Origin: Leptogorgia sarmentosa
Taxonomy: Eukaryota
Direction: 5' to 3'
Length of the DNA stretch: 64,000 nucleotides
NCBI GenBank assembly: GCA_964658305.1
Contig: OZ210885.1
Coordinates: 21,824,001-21,888,000, forward strand
The position numbers were made by a program, and so were the translations under genes. Every line of letters starts with the position of its first letter. Within the stretch, counting starts at the first letter, position 1. The notes under the pieces were generated by a model. The model had not been told where the DNA came from, ran no database searches, and saw only the letters and a list, made by a program, of their open reading frames with translations. Shown piece after piece: positions 61,953-64,000 of this stretch.

Positions 61953-63493
61953 TTAAGTTTGGACAATCATATTTTGCAATAGGTTTAGAGCTTCTTCATA
62001 AATGTCAATTCCCATTTCGTATGAATGTGCTAAAGGGTCTATAGCCTGTAAAACTTCTGACTGTATTTCTTCACCATTTTCTATGTCTGCAGGATGAACA
62101 ATAACATTATTGTCACTTTCTTCGAATGGGTTAGGCCCATTTGGATCATACCCATAAAATTCTGCATTATCAGGAAGTGGTTCTGGTTGTCCAGTTAGCA
62201 ATGGGTTATTGGGATTTAATATGCCATTTACCCACACTTGGTATGGAGACGAATTTTGTGGTGGTTAAAAGCTTCCATAAACTCCTGGAGGGCTACATTG
62301 ATTCTAGGCAGAAAAACCATGTGCAATGCAAACATTTGAAGTGGATTTGTAGTATTGAGGATTCCAGAATCTTCCATTGCATAAAATACATAATAGAAGT
62401 AGTGGCTAACAACACGAAACACATGCCAAAGTCGTTCAATTCGCTGATTGTGTGTTGATGGCCCGGCAATAAAACTGGCTCTACCTTCACCTTGTTTCTC
62501 AACCATTGCTTCACATACGAGTACATTTTCTACACCTTGATCAACCCGAATACGGGATGGCCATAGTCCTCCATCTTTCTCAATAGCATCGAGGAACAAG
62601 GCTAACACTGTGCTAGAGAGATTGTTTGAGCTACAGTAAAGATAAATTATTCTCCTTGAGAAGCCATCAATGCAGCCATGTATGACTAAGCCCCATCTAA
62701 TTAACGAATGGTGTCCATCAAGATGCCACAGGGAGTTAGGCCATGGAACTTGATACCTTCTTCGATAAACAGCAGCTCCCCATCTCAATGCGGAATTTGC
62801 TGGGTCAATTCTGGCTATACTATCACGAACTCTTGTTCTCTGCACATGTATACCAAGAGAATAAAGATATCCCATTATCAACACCTGCCCAGTTGTTCTC
62901 CCATGACGACTTGCATAATCTCCAATTATTCGATCTAATTCTGCATCGGGTAAATCAGTAAATTCACTTAAATGTTGCAAATTGAATTGATGTATTCGTC
63001 TGTAAATTGTCCATCTGGACACACCACAAATCTTCGCAATTCTTTCTTTAGAAAAGCCTAAACACAAAAGATCTTCTAACATTTCAGGTTGTATGTTAAA
63101 TGCAGGTCTTCCCGGTCTCCCAGTGCTCTCGGCATTGCATTTCTGCGTAGTCAGCGTTGTCGGCCTACGAGCAAGTTCCGACATATGTCTATGTAAACTT
63201 TGTAATATTAGTTCAAAGCAGCTTTCAACTGTGTGCCATTCTTGCTTGTCAACCTCATCAACCTCTTGGATTATCAATCGCAAAAGGCTTATGGTTCGAT
63301 CAAGTACAACCAGACATGTCTGCATTTCATTAATATTTGTACTGCCTGGGCTGATCATACTCTCTGCACGGTCAACAACTGAATTTAAAAACAAAGGTAA
63401 TTCTTCTTCGATGTCAAAATTATCAATCTCTACTTCAAAATCTTCATTTTCATGGACAGGCATTTCAATCGGTATTTCAGTCAAAGCCGCCAT
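61953..63493 (-). pseudogene. IS3EU-like transposase D copy 2 (tandem duplicate)
   Basis: Same protein as copy 1 except YLHC>YLYC. Shares the same frameshift. Confidence 0.92.
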
Positions 63494-63559
63494 ATTTGAT
63501 GCGTCTGAAAATAGTGACCTGATGGGGAGTAGGGAGGAAAGAGTGAGAATTTTAATTCG

Positions 63560-63735
63560 TTGAATTTTTTCTGTTGAATATTTTTGTTGAACATTGAATG
63601 TTTTTGTTGAACGTTGAATGTTTTTGTTGAACGTTGAATATTTTTGTTGAACGTTGAATATTTTTGTTGAACGTTGAATATTTTTGTTGAACGTTGAATA
63701 TTTTTGTTGAACGTTGAATTTTTTGGTTGAATGCT
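63560..63735. repeat. 20-bp subterminal tandem array, right (inverted); partial copy at ~61475-61548
   Basis: (CGTTGAATATTTTTGTTGAA)n. Confidence 0.95.
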
Positions 63736-64000
63736 CGTCCATGAAGGTTGAAATGTGGGTTGAATAACAAAATATATAACTGGTTGAATATTGCTACAAA
63801 CGGCTTGCCATAAATAGCCCTTGTCATTGATTTTGAGTGTGCATTATGGCAAGCAGTGGCAAACGTTTTCCCAAATGCATCAATTTAAGGCTGCGTTTTC
63901 CACTGGACTCAAGCAATTTGGCGGAAAGTTCAAGGGTTGGGCTTGTCGACAGCGTACCATGAGGATGATGCAACCCACAAGTACATAAAGCGGTTAACGG

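Larger units (their letters stand above)
59482..63633. repeat. Tandem duplication, period 2085 bp
   Basis: 59482-61548 repeats from 61567; all ORF coordinates are offset by 2085. Confidence 0.95.
56128..63812 (-). mobile_element. Complete-ended IS3EU-like element D (HECT ligase plus tandemly duplicated transposase)
   Basis: TIR TATGGCAAGCCGTTTGTAGCAATATTCAACCAG... (~85 bp, then 20-bp arrays). Perfect 6-bp TSD AATAGC (56122-56127 and 63813-63818). Confidence 0.95.
53364..64000 (+). mobile_element. Mutator/MULE element (continues past the window), interrupted by IS3EU-like element D
   Basis: Candidate left end with repeated CAA(C)TCGGCCCA at ~53373-53427. MULE transposase exons lie on both sides of element D. 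Confidence 0.65.
54991..64000 (+). pseudogene. MULE transposase with N-terminal PHD finger, split at 56127/63819
   Basis: PHD: C..C...CDGCERWQHRTC...WRCKDC (54991-55205). WYMDATFK...QLFSIH (to 55831). VPLAFALMSGK...Y (56023-56127). LVIDFE.A...FP...*GCVFHWTQAIWRK from 63820. Contains a stop, and a 1-nt shift at the join. Confidence 0.85.

Noticed and set aside
4099..63563. Numerous 60-160 aa ORFs antisense to or overlapping the main ORFs
   Set aside because: Shadow frames with no recognisable motifs.
63494..63742. N-terminal extension making the 504-aa ORF, and repeat-derived ORFs 56041-56403 and 63552-63827
   Set aside because: Read-through of the stop-free 20-bp array and TIR. Copy 1 indicates the start is MAALTE.

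Overview
AT-rich eukaryotic DNA with GT-AG introns, probably from an invertebrate animal (the TE repertoire suggests a cnidarian; this is inference). I recognise no ordinary host gene. The window is a nested stack of transposable elements: a CR1/L2 LINE tail, a DIRS-type remnant, a BEL/Pao LTR element, three hATs, a Crypton, a near-full CR1/L2 LINE, a Kolobok, a Zator-like element, a MULE and several MITEs. The main observation is four IS3EU-like DDE transposons. All visible termini read TAT..ATA, and the two elements with both ends visible have 6-bp TSDs. Each pairs its transposase with a convergent second gene encoding a protein-modifying enzyme. One element (15793-19181, ~240-bp TIRs, TSD GAGGAC) looks intact and carries a complete alpha-kinase. 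The other three carry HECT E3 ubiquitin ligases, and the one in 56128-63812 (TSD AATAGC) splices into an open 685-aa ORF. Three cargo proteins share a short N-terminal motif, suggesting a conserved adaptor with a swappable enzyme. A second notable element is an apparently intact Zator-like transposon (46266-51960) with a divergent SAM-domain gene. Family calls come from motifs and termini read by eye; no database search was run.
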